In this document: in pieces, positions 1 to 8,844 of the stretch
Layout: every line of letters starts with the position of its first letter
How positions within the stretch are numbered: the first letter of the stretch is position 1
DNA from: Flavobacteriaceae bacterium
Lineage (GTDB): Bacteria; Bacteroidota; Bacteroidia; Flavobacteriales; Flavobacteriaceae
NCBI GenBank assembly: GCA_039768345.1
Contig: JBDNAQ010000151.1
Coordinates: 1 to 30,505 of the forward strand
Direction: 5' to 3'
Length of the DNA: 30,505 nt
The notes under the pieces: generated by a model
What the model saw: only the letters and a program-made list of their open reading frames with translations
Databases searched by the model: none
Told to the model about the DNA's origin: nothing
Program-made: the position numbers and the translations under genes

Positions 1-1
1 T

Positions 2-274
2 ACCGCTGTTGAAGGAGCGGTGACTTTTAGGGTAAGGAGCAATGAATATTTTATTCCCCTTGAAGGTAAGCTCGATACGGAAGTTGAAATCAAAAAGATC
101 AAGGAGGAATTACAATATACCCGTGGATTTTTAGCATCGGTTGAAAAAAAGCTGTCTAACGAAAGATTTGTGAACAATGCGCCGGAGAAGGTCGTGGCCA
201 TGGAACAAAAGAAAGCTTCCGATGCTTTGGCCAAGATCGAGACCCTCGAAAAAAGCCTTGCAAACCTCGAATGA
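2..274 (+). CDS. valS: Valyl-tRNA synthetase, C-terminal coiled-coil arm (5'-truncated by window edge)
   Basis: Frame is open from base 2. EIKKIKEELQYTRGFLASVEKKLSNERFVNNAPEKVVAMEQKK matches the ValRS C-terminal pattern 'KKLSNE.FV..AP..VV..E..K'. TGA at 272-274. Confidence 0.93.
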   Translation, partial: TAVEGAVTFRVRSNEYFIPLEGKLDTEVEIKKIKEELQYTRGFLASVEKKLSNERFVNNAPEKVVAMEQKKASDALAKIETLEKSLANLE

Positions 275-285
275 TAAAAAAAGTA

Positions 286-293
286 TATATTTG
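286..293 (+). promoter_or_regulatory. Bacteroidota sigma-A -7 element (TATATTTG) for the LRR lipoprotein gene
   Basis: Exact TAnnTTTG match just after the valS stop, 60 nt upstream of ATG 354. No clear -33 TTTG. Confidence 0.5.
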
Positions 294-353
294 CCTGGCT
301 TCGGGCTATCTATAGCAATCACACCAAAGTTTATTAATTTAAAAAATGTTGTT

Positions 354-1025
354 ATGATATTTAGAAAAATATTCATACTGACGGGTTTGCTATGTGTACT
401 TGTCAGTTGTTCATCGGATAAGGAATCGGAAGAAGATGCTATTATGATGGAAACAGAAGAAGAAATTGTAGCCACCACTTCCATCCCCGATCCTGCATTT
501 GAACAACTCCTGATTGATCTGGGTTTTGATGATACGTTAGATGGTAAAGTGGAAACGGGAAATATAGAGGGCGTTGTCAATCTTTTTGCCGAAAACAGTG
601 CCATATCAGATTTAACAGGAATAAATGCTTTTAAAAATTTAGAGGGGCTTTATGTTGAGAATAATTTATTGTCCATTCTCGATCTTTCTTCAAACATAAA
701 ATTAAAGTTCATTTTTGCCAACGGAAATCAACTGACCTCTTTAAACCTTTCTAACCTTACTATTTTAGAGAAACTGGATATGGATAGTAACCAACTAACT
801 ATACTTGATATTTCCTCTAATCCATCGTTGCAGTTATTATCGATTGCAAATAATGAATTGGAGGCAATAGACATCTCGACCATATTGGATGTAGTACAGC
901 TCAACGATTTTGCCATAGAAAACAACCCATTGAACTGTATAAAGGTGAATCAGGATCAATTGGATAATATACCTTCACAATGGACCAAGGATACTGAAGA
1001 CACTTATAGCCTGGATTGCGAATAA
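354..1025 (+). CDS. Leucine-rich-repeat lipoprotein, probably surface exposed
   Basis: The track start at 177 overlaps valS; ATG 354 gives MIFRKIFILTGLLCVLVS-C followed by acidic SSDKESEED. About five 21-aa LRRs (LxxLxxxxNxLxxLDLSxN), an N-cap IPDPAFEQLLIDLG and a C-cap CIKV...W.KD...YSLDC. Confidence 0.85.
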   Translation: MIFRKIFILTGLLCVLVSCSSDKESEEDAIMMETEEEIVATTSIPDPAFEQLLIDLGFDDTLDGKVETGNIEGVVNLFAENSAISDLTGINAFKNLEGLYVENNLLSILDLSSNIKLKFIFANGNQLTSLNLSNLTILEKLDMDSNQLTILDISSNPSLQLLSIANNELEAIDISTILDVVQLNDFAIENNPLNCIKVNQDQLDNIPSQWTKDTEDTYSLDCE

Positions 1026-1192
1026 TTCTTGAATTTCTTCATCACAATGAAATTCTTAAGAGAAGGTCTCGATGTAGCCAGGAGCGCCTCTCAATTAACG
1101 GGATTTAATTCCGGCTATCCCTTGGGTGACTAAGCATTAATCTATTGATCATTTGATAGATGTTGATTACCTTTAGAAAAAAGATTTCATTC

Positions 1193-1786
1193 ATGCGTAT
1201 CCGAATACTCTTTCTCACCTCGATTTTAGGCCTCTATAGTGTAAAAGCACAGGATATCAAAGAGACGAGCCTACCCGCAGACATTCAGATCAGGACAGCA
1301 ACATTGCCCGCACCTGAAGCGGATAAGGATGGTGCTATGGTCTATGGCTATGATAAAGAAGGAAATCTGATAGTTCTCAGAGAAGGAAGTAATAACCTGG
1401 TTTGCATTGCCGATAATCCGCGAAAAGAGGGTATTAGTGTATCTTGTTATTCCGTTAAGCTCGAACCCTTTATGGCACGCGGCAGAGAACTCAGCAAACA
1501 GGGTCTCGACTTTGAACAGAGAAGGAAGATCAGGGGAGAAGAGGTAAAAAATGGCACTCTTAAAATGCCAGATGCGCCAAGCATGATGTATGTATACTTC
1601 GGAAAACAAGAGAATTACGATCCAAATACGGGAGAACTAAAAGACGGTAAATTTCGTTATGTGATCTATACCCCTTTTGCTACTACAGAATCGACCGGAC
1701 TACCCGATAAACCTCATGCCCCAGGGATGCCCTGGTTAATGGATCCTGGAACACACAGAGCTCATATTATGGTCGGGCCATTTTAA
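1193..1786 (+). CDS. Exported hypothetical protein with two Cys and a Met/His-rich C-terminus
   Basis: ATG 1193 preferred over the track start 1160. Signal peptide MRIRILFLTSILGLYSVKA|Q. Motifs LREGSNNLVC..C and PWLMDPGTHRAHIM. Function not recognised. Confidence 0.75.
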   Translation: MRIRILFLTSILGLYSVKAQDIKETSLPADIQIRTATLPAPEADKDGAMVYGYDKEGNLIVLREGSNNLVCIADNPRKEGISVSCYSVKLEPFMARGRELSKQGLDFEQRRKIRGEEVKNGTLKMPDAPSMMYVYFGKQENYDPNTGELKDGKFRYVIYTPFATTESTGLPDKPHAPGMPWLMDPGTHRAHIMVGPF

Positions 1787-1801
1787 AACAATCATTAAGA
1801 A

Positions 1802-2665
1802 TTGAGGATACGCTACATTATTATTGTTGGCTTTTTTCTGATCTTTCCCAATTTCATCAGTGCACAGGAAAAACAGGAACTTAAGCGAGAGCGGACAATC
1901 ATCGATGACCAGTTCATATACGATTTCGAAAATGAAAAGGAACCCTATAAGGTATTACATGCCGAACCTTTATACATAGATCTGATTCGCGATCTGGGTG
2001 CCAGAAAAGGAGAACACGAATGGAATGTGGGCTTTGGGCTCCTAGACAGAAACTCCTATGAGGAATATGAATTTCTTATCGAATACGAATTTGCGGTTAT
2101 AGACCGGCTCGGCCTGGAGATAGAACTACCTTTCGCATTTTTCTCAGGCACCGATAATAGCTCCGGGGTACCCGAAAATAAATTGGAAGGTCTGCAAGTT
2201 GCTGCCCAATATACCTTCCTGGTCTCCAAAAAAGCTCAAACTTCACTCGCGCTGGGGTATCTGCACAAATTCAAGATGGTTTCCTTCCAACAATTTGGTA
2301 ATGACCCCCTATATTCCGGAAATGTATATAATCCCTTTTTTATTGCTGCCAAACGATGGGGGAGAAGTTTTCATACTTTGATCTATACCGGGCCGGAATT
2401 CGACAGAACTTTCAATAGCGGATCTACCGAGTTAGCGTTCGAGATCAATACCAACCTACATTATATGATACCGGGAACCACCAATTTCGTGGGAGTCGAA
2501 TTTAATAAAGCGATTGAAGATAGTAAGTTCAGTATGACCATCCGTCCCCAGATTCGAGTTGAAATAAGGGAAGGCATGCTGATCGGACTGGTAACCGGAA
2601 TACCGGCAGATCGGGGCGATGAAAAACTGAGTATGTTTTTAAGGCTTATATATGAGCCACTTTGA
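1802..2665 (+). CDS. HAEPLYID-family protein, probable outer-membrane beta-barrel
   Basis: Literal HAEPLYIDLIRDLGARKGE motif, signal peptide ending ISA|QE, alternating amphipathic strands, C-terminal FLRLIYE. TTG start. Confidence 0.8.
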   Translation: MRIRYIIIVGFFLIFPNFISAQEKQELKRERTIIDDQFIYDFENEKEPYKVLHAEPLYIDLIRDLGARKGEHEWNVGFGLLDRNSYEEYEFLIEYEFAVIDRLGLEIELPFAFFSGTDNSSGVPENKLEGLQVAAQYTFLVSKKAQTSLALGYLHKFKMVSFQQFGNDPLYSGNVYNPFFIAAKRWGRSFHTLIYTGPEFDRTFNSGSTELAFEINTNLHYMIPGTTNFVGVEFNKAIEDSKFSMTIRPQIRVEIREGMLIGLVTGIPADRGDEKLSMFLRLIYEPL

Positions 2666-2800
2666 GAAGGGCTTTTATTAGAACATCAAATAGGGGTATC
2701 ATAAGCGCTCAGCAACCCGAATCAACCTGTTTATCGCTGAGGTAACACAAGCTTTGAAATTGAATGGATTTCTGTAATTTTAAATAAGAGAACTGTTTCT

Positions 2801-4072
2801 ATGGAAGCTTATGCCACCGCATTGCTTTATGCGATTCCTTTTTTTATTCTGCTGATGCTGGGGGAGATTATCTACGGCTACCTGATAAAGAATCAACCTC
2901 ACCGTTTACTCGACACTGTGAGTAGCATTAGTTCTGGAATGACCAACATCGTAAAAGACTCCCTGGGCCTCGGTATTATCATTGTGAGTTATCCATATCT
3001 TGAGGAGCAGCTGGCGCTTACACAAATTAAAACATCATGGCTGGTATGGCTGATCGCCTTTTTGGTGCTCGATTTTGCAGGTTACTGGAATCATCGACTT
3101 AGTCACCATGTGAATATATTCTGGAATCAGCATGTGATACATCACAGCAGTGAACAATTCAATCTGGCCTGTGCGCTCAGGCAGTCGATCTCCAATCTGG
3201 TTGGATATTTTCCATTATTTCTGATCCCCGCTGCTCTTTTAGGGGTACCCCCCAAGGTTATAGCCATACTGGCACCGATCCATCTTTTTGCTCAATTCTG
3301 GTACCATACCGAGCACATAGGTAAAATGGGATGGTTGGAATACCTCATTGTGACCCCATCGCAGCATAGGGTTCATCATGCCATTAATCCTGAGTATATC
3401 GACAAAAACCTCGGGCAGGTATTATGTGTCTGGGATCGCTGGTTTGGGACATTTCAGGAAGAACTGGATACGGTACCCCCTCAGTATGGGGTTTTGAAGC
3501 CGGCCGCTACATGGAATCCGATCCATATCAATTTTCAACATCTGTGGCGTATTGGCCAGGATGCCTGGCGGGCCAATCGCTGGCAGGATAAATTACGTAT
3601 CTGGTTTATGCCCACCGGTTGGAGGCCCGAAGATGTGGCACAAAAATATCCACGACCAATCATCGAAGATGTATATAATTTTAAACGCTACCAAACCCTT
3701 GCCAGTCCGCGATTAAAGGCCTATGTATTGTTTCAGCTGATTGCCACACTGATACTATTAATGTTCATGTTTTATAATTATGGCAATATTGGATTCGGTG
3801 GTTTATTACAATTTGGCGCCTTTGTGTTTGTTGGAATTTACGGTTATACAAGCCTGATGGACAGAACGCGTTATGCCGGAGCGATTGAGGTTACACGAGC
3901 CTTGGCAGCTATGGTAGTTATTTTGATCACAGGCGATTGGTTTGGAATTAATTCGCTATTAGGCGGTGGTAGTTCACTTGTCTTTGGCTATTTTTTAATA
4001 ACCATGGCAGGGGGTCTTTACTTCGGATATCTGGAGAAATTCCCGGTTGGAAATAAAGGTCAATTGATTTAA
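2801..4072 (+). CDS. Sterol desaturase/fatty-acid hydroxylase family, alkylglycerol monooxygenase (AGMO)-like membrane di-iron enzyme
   Basis: His boxes HRLSH (98-102), HVIHH (111-115), H169 and HRVHH (189-193). SSEQFNLACALRQS and TPSQHRVHHAINPEYIDKN are AGMO-like. Multiple hydrophobic helices and an AGMO-type C-terminal extension. Confidence 0.85.
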   Translation: MEAYATALLYAIPFFILLMLGEIIYGYLIKNQPHRLLDTVSSISSGMTNIVKDSLGLGIIIVSYPYLEEQLALTQIKTSWLVWLIAFLVLDFAGYWNHRLSHHVNIFWNQHVIHHSSEQFNLACALRQSISNLVGYFPLFLIPAALLGVPPKVIAILAPIHLFAQFWYHTEHIGKMGWLEYLIVTPSQHRVHHAINPEYIDKNLGQVLCVWDRWFGTFQEELDTVPPQYGVLKPAATWNPIHINFQHLWRIGQDAWRANRWQDKLRIWFMPTGWRPEDVAQKYPRPIIEDVYNFKRYQTLASPRLKAYVLFQLIATLILLMFMFYNYGNIGFGGLLQFGAFVFVGIYGYTSLMDRTRYAGAIEVTRALAAMVVILITGDWFGINSLLGGGSSLVFGYFLITMAGGLYFGYLEKFPVGNKGQLI

Positions 4073-4341
4073 GACTCCTTCGCTTTAATTTCTTTTTCTA
4101 CCAGTTCTATATAATTCTTCATAGCTTCCTTTACACCAAGATGCTGAGCCTGGAGGAGGGCATTGGTCTTAAAAGCATTAATAAGAGGAGTTTTACTACC
4201 CGGGTGATTAAAATTCTTATTGGCTATCTTGTAGTAGGCATAAAGCTTTAAAAGAAGATCTGCCGGTAATGGGTCAGTATACTGATTTACAGTATCGACC
4301 GCAATATTGAATTTTTTACGTAATGAATCTTTTTTCTTCAC
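4069..4341 (-). CDS. Acyl-CoA-binding protein (ACBP)-like; start uncertain (GTG)
   Basis: F..AV..V, LLLKLYAYYKIA, NAFK..A and EAM..YIELV fit the ACBP four-helix pattern. Confidence 0.8.
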   Translation of the reverse strand: MKKKDSLRKKFNIAVDTVNQYTDPLPADLLLKLYAYYKIANKNFNHPGSKTPLINAFKTNALLQAQHLGVKEAMKNYIELVEKEIKAKES

Positions 4342-4996
4342 TTTCTACTACTGTGGCAATACAGGTTTTTGCTCCGACCACTTTCTGATTCACCTTAACG
4401 GTAATGGCACAATCCAAAGGTAACAACAAATCTACCCTTGAGCCAAATTTGATAAATCCCGCATCATCGCCTTGTTGAACATGTTCCCCAACTTCGGCAT
4501 AATTAACAATTCTGCGTGCCACCGCACCTGCAATTTGCCTGTAGAGGATATCACCGAATAAAGGCGTGTTGATCACCACCGATGTTCTTTCGTTTTTCTC
4601 ACTTGATTTCGGATGCCAGGCAACCATATATTTACCAGGATGATATTTAGAGTATTTGATCACACCACTGGCAGCATAACGTGTAACATGTACATTGACT
4701 GGAGACATAAAGATGGATACCTGCATACGTTTATCTTTAAAATACTCCTGCTCTTCTACTTCCTCTACAATTACAACCTTGCCGTCGACCGGGGCAAGAA
4801 TTTCATCGAAGTTCTTTTGGGCAATCCTTGTTGGGTTTCTGAAAAATTGCATAATGAGGATCAATACTACAATAGACCCGATTTGCAGGGTATATTTGAG
4901 CCAGGGCGTTGCAATATAAAAGTGGACGAGGACCACCACGAGACTTAGCAACGCAAATGCAATAAGTATTATTTTTTGACCTTCTCTATGGAACAT
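4316..4996 (-). CDS. psd: Phosphatidylserine decarboxylase proenzyme (short type)
   Basis: ATG 4996 (MFHREG). Motifs FFRNP, APVDGKVV, SIFMSPVNVH and the autocleavage site GFIKFG|SRVD. Confidence 0.93.
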   Translation of the reverse strand: MFHREGQKIILIAFALLSLVVVLVHFYIATPWLKYTLQIGSIVVLILIMQFFRNPTRIAQKNFDEILAPVDGKVVIVEEVEEQEYFKDKRMQVSIFMSPVNVHVTRYAASGVIKYSKYHPGKYMVAWHPKSSEKNERTSVVINTPLFGDILYRQIAGAVARRIVNYAEVGEHVQQGDDAGFIKFGSRVDLLLPLDCAITVKVNQKVVGAKTCIATVVESEEKRFIT

Positions 4997-5789
4997 TTGT
5001 AAAAATATAGAGCGCAAGATACGCAAATGGAGCTGCAAATATCAGACTATCCAGCCTATCGAGCAAACCGCCATGACCTGGGAGAATTGCTCCGCTGTCT
5101 TTAACACCTGCATGGCGTTTTAATTTAGATTCCACGAGATCGCCCAGAGTTCCAAAAAGGACTACCACAACGGCTATAATGAACCATTGATTAAGACTTA
5201 GAATGGGCTCATATTTTGCGAGGAAGTAGGTTCCGATCATCGTAAATACAAACCCGCCAACTACACCTTCTACCGTCTTTTTTGGAGATACTCGAGGAAA
5301 AAGTTTGGTTCTCCCAATTGATTTTCCCACCAGGTATGCAAAAGAATCATTGATCCAGATCAATACAAAAATACCCATGATCAGGAATTTTGCAAATTCA
5401 TTGTCCTTATAAGGGATCATGGTGAGGAAAATACACCCACCTCCTATGTAAAATAGGCCTGTTATAAATTTTTGATAGGCGAAATGGAGTCTTTTTCGTT
5501 TTGAAAACAGGTAGTAGAGCAATAACAGATTTATACCGATGGTAACAAACATCAGCAGATTGATCAAAAACCTTTCCTGGATCAGGTAAATATAGGCCCA
5601 CCAAAGACCCAAATAGGCGATAAAGATATAATAGCCTCTAAGTAAGACAAGTCTTTTGTATTCGTACAGACAGACTAAGCCGAAAACCATGAAAAGGAAA
5701 TCAAAGGCATCGGAACTCAGAAAAACGGCAGACAGAAGCAAAATGACATAGACCACACCTGTGATCAGTCTCCTCAGAATTTCTTTCAT
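4986..5789 (-). CDS. cdsA: Phosphatidate cytidylyltransferase
   Basis: ATG 5789 (MKEILRRLITG). Motifs WINDSFAYLVG, SPKKTVEG and GDLVESKLKRHAGVKDSGAILPGHGGLLDRLDS. Confidence 0.95.
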   Translation of the reverse strand: MKEILRRLITGVVYVILLLSAVFLSSDAFDFLFMVFGLVCLYEYKRLVLLRGYYIFIAYLGLWWAYIYLIQERFLINLLMFVTIGINLLLLYYLFSKRKRLHFAYQKFITGLFYIGGGCIFLTMIPYKDNEFAKFLIMGIFVLIWINDSFAYLVGKSIGRTKLFPRVSPKKTVEGVVGGFVFTMIGTYFLAKYEPILSLNQWFIIAVVVVLFGTLGDLVESKLKRHAGVKDSGAILPGHGGLLDRLDSLIFAAPFAYLALYIFTNVP

Positions 5790-5790
5790 G

Positions 5791-6402
5791 CTAGAGATCT
5801 TCGAGCAGTAATAAGTATAGGTGTTTAGAACTGCTGCCGTAAGATAAGAAATCATTGGCATTTTCGGAGTCAGACTGGAAATGCTTGATGGTGGTGATAT
5901 TAGCCGGAATACCGTTCTTATATTTCTTTTTGATAATTTTTAATCCCTCACCTATAGTATCGACCAATTGACTCGTTGTAGCATAGACAATCACATTTTC
6001 GGGAACTTCATGCAGTTTCTTTTCCTGGAGCTGATTAGAGGTTACCAGTATCGATCCGTTATGTGCTACCAAATGTTCGCAGGTGGTAAAAAAAACAGTA
6101 CTTTTCGAAACCTTATCCGTAAAGTTGATCTCCTCATCCTTGAATTTCTCCCTAAGCATAGGATTTAAGATGAAAAACGGTTCCTTTTCCCATCCATTCT
6201 CAATGATAATGTTTTTCAGGGCGCCGGATATCTCACTCAGGGAATCGCAGTACAAAAATTTACCTCCGTTTTTCTTAAAATGAATAGTGAATTTTTCATC
6301 GATTGGGATGTTGAGGTCGGGCATATGGACTCCTCTGGTTTCTACCGTTTCCTTGGAAACCTTTTTTTTACCCCCGCTAAATAATTTCCCAAAAATTCCC
6401 AT
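5791..6402 (-). CDS. LUD (LutC/YkgG-like) domain protein
   Basis: TCEHLVAHNGSILVTS and VPENVIVYATTSQLV resemble the LUD fold. Located between ftsH and cdsA. Confidence 0.7.
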   Translation of the reverse strand: MGIFGKLFSGGKKKVSKETVETRGVHMPDLNIPIDEKFTIHFKKNGGKFLYCDSLSEISGALKNIIIENGWEKEPFFILNPMLREKFKDEEINFTDKVSKSTVFFTTCEHLVAHNGSILVTSNQLQEKKLHEVPENVIVYATTSQLVDTIGEGLKIIKKKYKNGIPANITTIKHFQSDSENANDFLSYGSSSKHLYLLLLEDL

Positions 6403-6407
6403 TATTC

Positions 6408-6440
6408 CCGAATCATTCAGATTAACCGAATCATCCTGAT
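6408..6440. repeat. Imperfect direct repeat, two 15-bp copies with an 18-bp period
   Basis: CCGAATCATTCAGAT (6408-6422) and CCGAATCATCCTGAT (6426-6440), 13/15 identical. Confidence 0.7.
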
Positions 6441-6449
6441 GCCATGTTA

Positions 6450-8441
6450 TTATTTCTTCTCTTCTGCAGATTCCTCAGCGGCCAGTTCTTCAGCAGCCAA
6501 TTTTTCCTGACCCTTCTGATCGAATTCACTTTCAAATGGTCTTTTTCCAAATATCTTCTCCAGATCTTCTTTAAAGATAACCTCTTTTTCAAGAAGCCGC
6601 TCGGCCAGTTCGATCAGTTTGTCCTCATTGTCAACCAGTACTTTAATGGCTCTGGAATATTGTGCTTCGATGATTTTTGAGATCTCCTCATCGATCTTCT
6701 GTGCCGTCTCCTCACTGTAAGGTTTGGTAAAACCATATTCGTTCTGGCCGGAGGAATCGTAATAAGTTAAATTCCCGATCTCATCGTTCAGGCCATAAAT
6801 GGTAACCATGGCTCTGGCCTGTTTTGTCACTTTTTCCAGATCGCTCAATGCACCTGTGGAAATCTTATCGAAAATCACTTTTTCCGCTGCTCGGCCACCC
6901 AATGTAGCACACATTTCGTCGAGCATTTGTTCCGATCTGACGATGAGGCGTTCTTCTGGCAAATACCAAGCAGAACCGAGAGATTGACCTCTGGGTACAA
7001 TAGTTACTTTTACCAGCGGGGCTGCGTGCTCCAACATCCAACTAACCGTAGCATGACCAGCCTCGTGGTAGGCTATTGTTTTCTTTTCACCAGGGGTGAT
7101 AATTTTATTTTTCTTCTCAAGTCCGCCTACAATCCTGTCGACAGCATCGAGAAAATCTTGTTTGCCCACAGCCTTTTTTTCTTTCCTGGCAGCGATCAAT
7201 GCAGCTTCGTTACAAACATTCGCAATATCCGCTCCTGAAAAACCTGGCGTTTGCCTTGCAAGAAAATCCAAATCGAGCGTTTCAGAAGTTTTGATAGGCC
7301 TTAAATGTACTTCAAAGATCTCTTTTCTTTCTCTGATATCGGGAAGGTCTACATAGATCTGCCGGTCGAACCTCCCGGCGCGCATCAGAGCTTTATCCAG
7401 TACATCGGCCCTGTTTGTGGCCGCCAGAACAATTACATTGGTGTTGGTTCCGAAACCATCCATTTCGGTCAACAACTGGTTCAGGGTATTTTCCCTTTCG
7501 TCGTTCGATCCGGTAAAATTATTTTTCCCTCTGGCACGGCCTATGGCATCTATTTCATCGATAAAAATGATGGAAGGAGACTTGTCTTTGGCTTGTTTAA
7601 AGAGATCGCGCACCCTGGATGCCCCAACGCCCACAAACATTTCTACAAAGTCTGATCCGGAAAGCGAGAAGAAAGGCACTTTAGCCTCTCCGGCCACCGC
7701 CTTGGCCAATAATGTCTTACCAGTACCGGGGGGGCCTACCAAAAGAGCACCTTTCGGAATCTTACCACCAAGGGAGGTATATTTATCCGGGTGTTTGAGG
7801 AATTCAACAATTTCTTCGACTTCCTCTTTAGCACCTTCTAAACCGGCGACATCCTGAAAAGAAGTACGGGTATCGGTCTTTTCATCAAAAAGCTTGGCTT
7901 TCGATTTACCGATATTGAAGATCTGTCCGCCTGCTCCGCCACCAGCTCCTCCAGACATACGCCTCATCAGATATATCCAAATTCCGATGATCAGTACAAA
8001 GGGAAGAATAGTGAGCAATAACTCCATAAATACATTGGATTCCTTGTCGAATTCCACAATGGTATCCAGGTTATTCTCTTTTTTGATCTCCGTAATTTCG
8101 TTTTGAAAGATCTGAAGATCGCCATAATCCAACACATACTGCGGAACCATACCGGTAGAAGGAATGAGCGGCTTGTCGGCCACATCTTTATGAACATCCT
8201 TCAACAAGGCTTCTTCGGAGAGGAAGACCTTAGCCTGGTCTGCATTAGTGATGATAAGGATCTTTTCGATATCCCCGTTTCTCAGATACTCCTGCAGCTC
8301 TGAGGTGGTCGTTTTTCGGGTGGTTGCAAAATTCCCGCTGCCTAAAAACTGATAGCCGATAAGCAATACGGCGATTAGGCCGTATATCCACCAGGAGCTG
8401 AATCTAGGTTTTTTCTGAGGTGTATTATTTTCCTTGGACAT
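6450..8441 (-). CDS. ftsH: ATP-dependent zinc metalloprotease FtsH
   Basis: Two TM helices, Walker A GPPGTGKT, Walker [32 protein letters not shown], zinc motif HEAGH. Confidence 0.98.
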   Translation of the reverse strand: MSKENNTPQKKPRFSSWWIYGLIAVLLIGYQFLGSGNFATTRKTTTSELQEYLRNGDIEKILIITNADQAKVFLSEEALLKDVHKDVADKPLIPSTGMVPQYVLDYGDLQIFQNEITEIKKENNLDTIVEFDKESNVFMELLLTILPFVLIIGIWIYLMRRMSGGAGGGAGGQIFNIGKSKAKLFDEKTDTRTSFQDVAGLEGAKEEVEEIVEFLKHPDKYTSLGGKIPKGALLVGPPGTGKTLLAKAVAGEAKVPFFSLSGSDFVEMFVGVGASRVRDLFKQAKDKSPSIIFIDEIDAIGRARGKNNFTGSNDERENTLNQLLTEMDGFGTNTNVIVLAATNRADVLDKALMRAGRFDRQIYVDLPDIRERKEIFEVHLRPIKTSETLDLDFLARQTPGFSGADIANVCNEAALIAARKEKKAVGKQDFLDAVDRIVGGLEKKNKIITPGEKKTIAYHEAGHATVSWMLEHAAPLVKVTIVPRGQSLGSAWYLPEERLIVRSEQMLDEMCATLGGRAAEKVIFDKISTGALSDLEKVTKQARAMVTIYGLNDEIGNLTYYDSSGQNEYGFTKPYSEETAQKIDEEISKIIEAQYSRAIKVLVDNEDKLIELAERLLEKEVIFKEDLEKIFGKRPFESEFDQKGQEKLAAEELAAEESAEEKK

Positions 8442-8447
8442 GTCTTT

Positions 8448-8825
8448 CTACTGATTATAGCTATTTTCAAACATGGTAACTTTTGCGTCTCCCCAAAGCC
8501 CTTCTATATCATAGAATTCTCTGGTTTGCTTTTGAAAGACATGCACTACCACATTGATGTAATCCAACAATACCCATTCTGCATTTTCTGAACCTTCTAC
8601 GTGCCAGGGTTTGTCTTGGATGGCTTCTCTTACTGTTTTCTGTATGGAATTTACTATAGCATTGACATGGGTATTGGACGTGCCACTGCAAATTATAAAG
8701 TAGTCACAAACGGTATTTTCTATTTCTCTAAGGTCAAGTAAGTTGGTGTCGAGTCCTTTAACTTCTTCGATTCCATGTAAGATTAAGGTGATTAACTCAT
8801 CTGCACTCGCTTTTCTTTTATGCAT
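8448..8825 (-). CDS. rsfS: Ribosome silencing factor RsfS
   Basis: CDYFIICSGTSNTHVNAI, HVEG...AEWVLLDYINVVVHVF, REFYDIEGLWGDA. Confidence 0.95.
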   Translation of the reverse strand: MHKRKASADELITLILHGIEEVKGLDTNLLDLREIENTVCDYFIICSGTSNTHVNAIVNSIQKTVREAIQDKPWHVEGSENAEWVLLDYINVVVHVFQKQTREFYDIEGLWGDAKVTMFENSYNQ

Positions 8826-8844
8826 CCAATAGAATTAGTTTATA

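Noticed and set aside
177-353. Extended N-terminus of the 282-aa ORF
   Set aside because: It overlaps valS in another frame; ATG 354 gives a clean lipoprotein signal.
131-604. 157-aa minus-strand ORF
   Set aside because: Ser-rich shadow of valS and the LRR gene with no recognisable motif.
1031-1055. Hairpin after the LRR gene as an intrinsic terminator
   Set aside because: AT-rich stem without a clear U tract, so not called as a terminator.
7921-7960. Gly-rich low-complexity stretch in ftsH ([10 protein letters not shown])
   Set aside because: Normal linker between TM2 and the AAA domain of FtsH.
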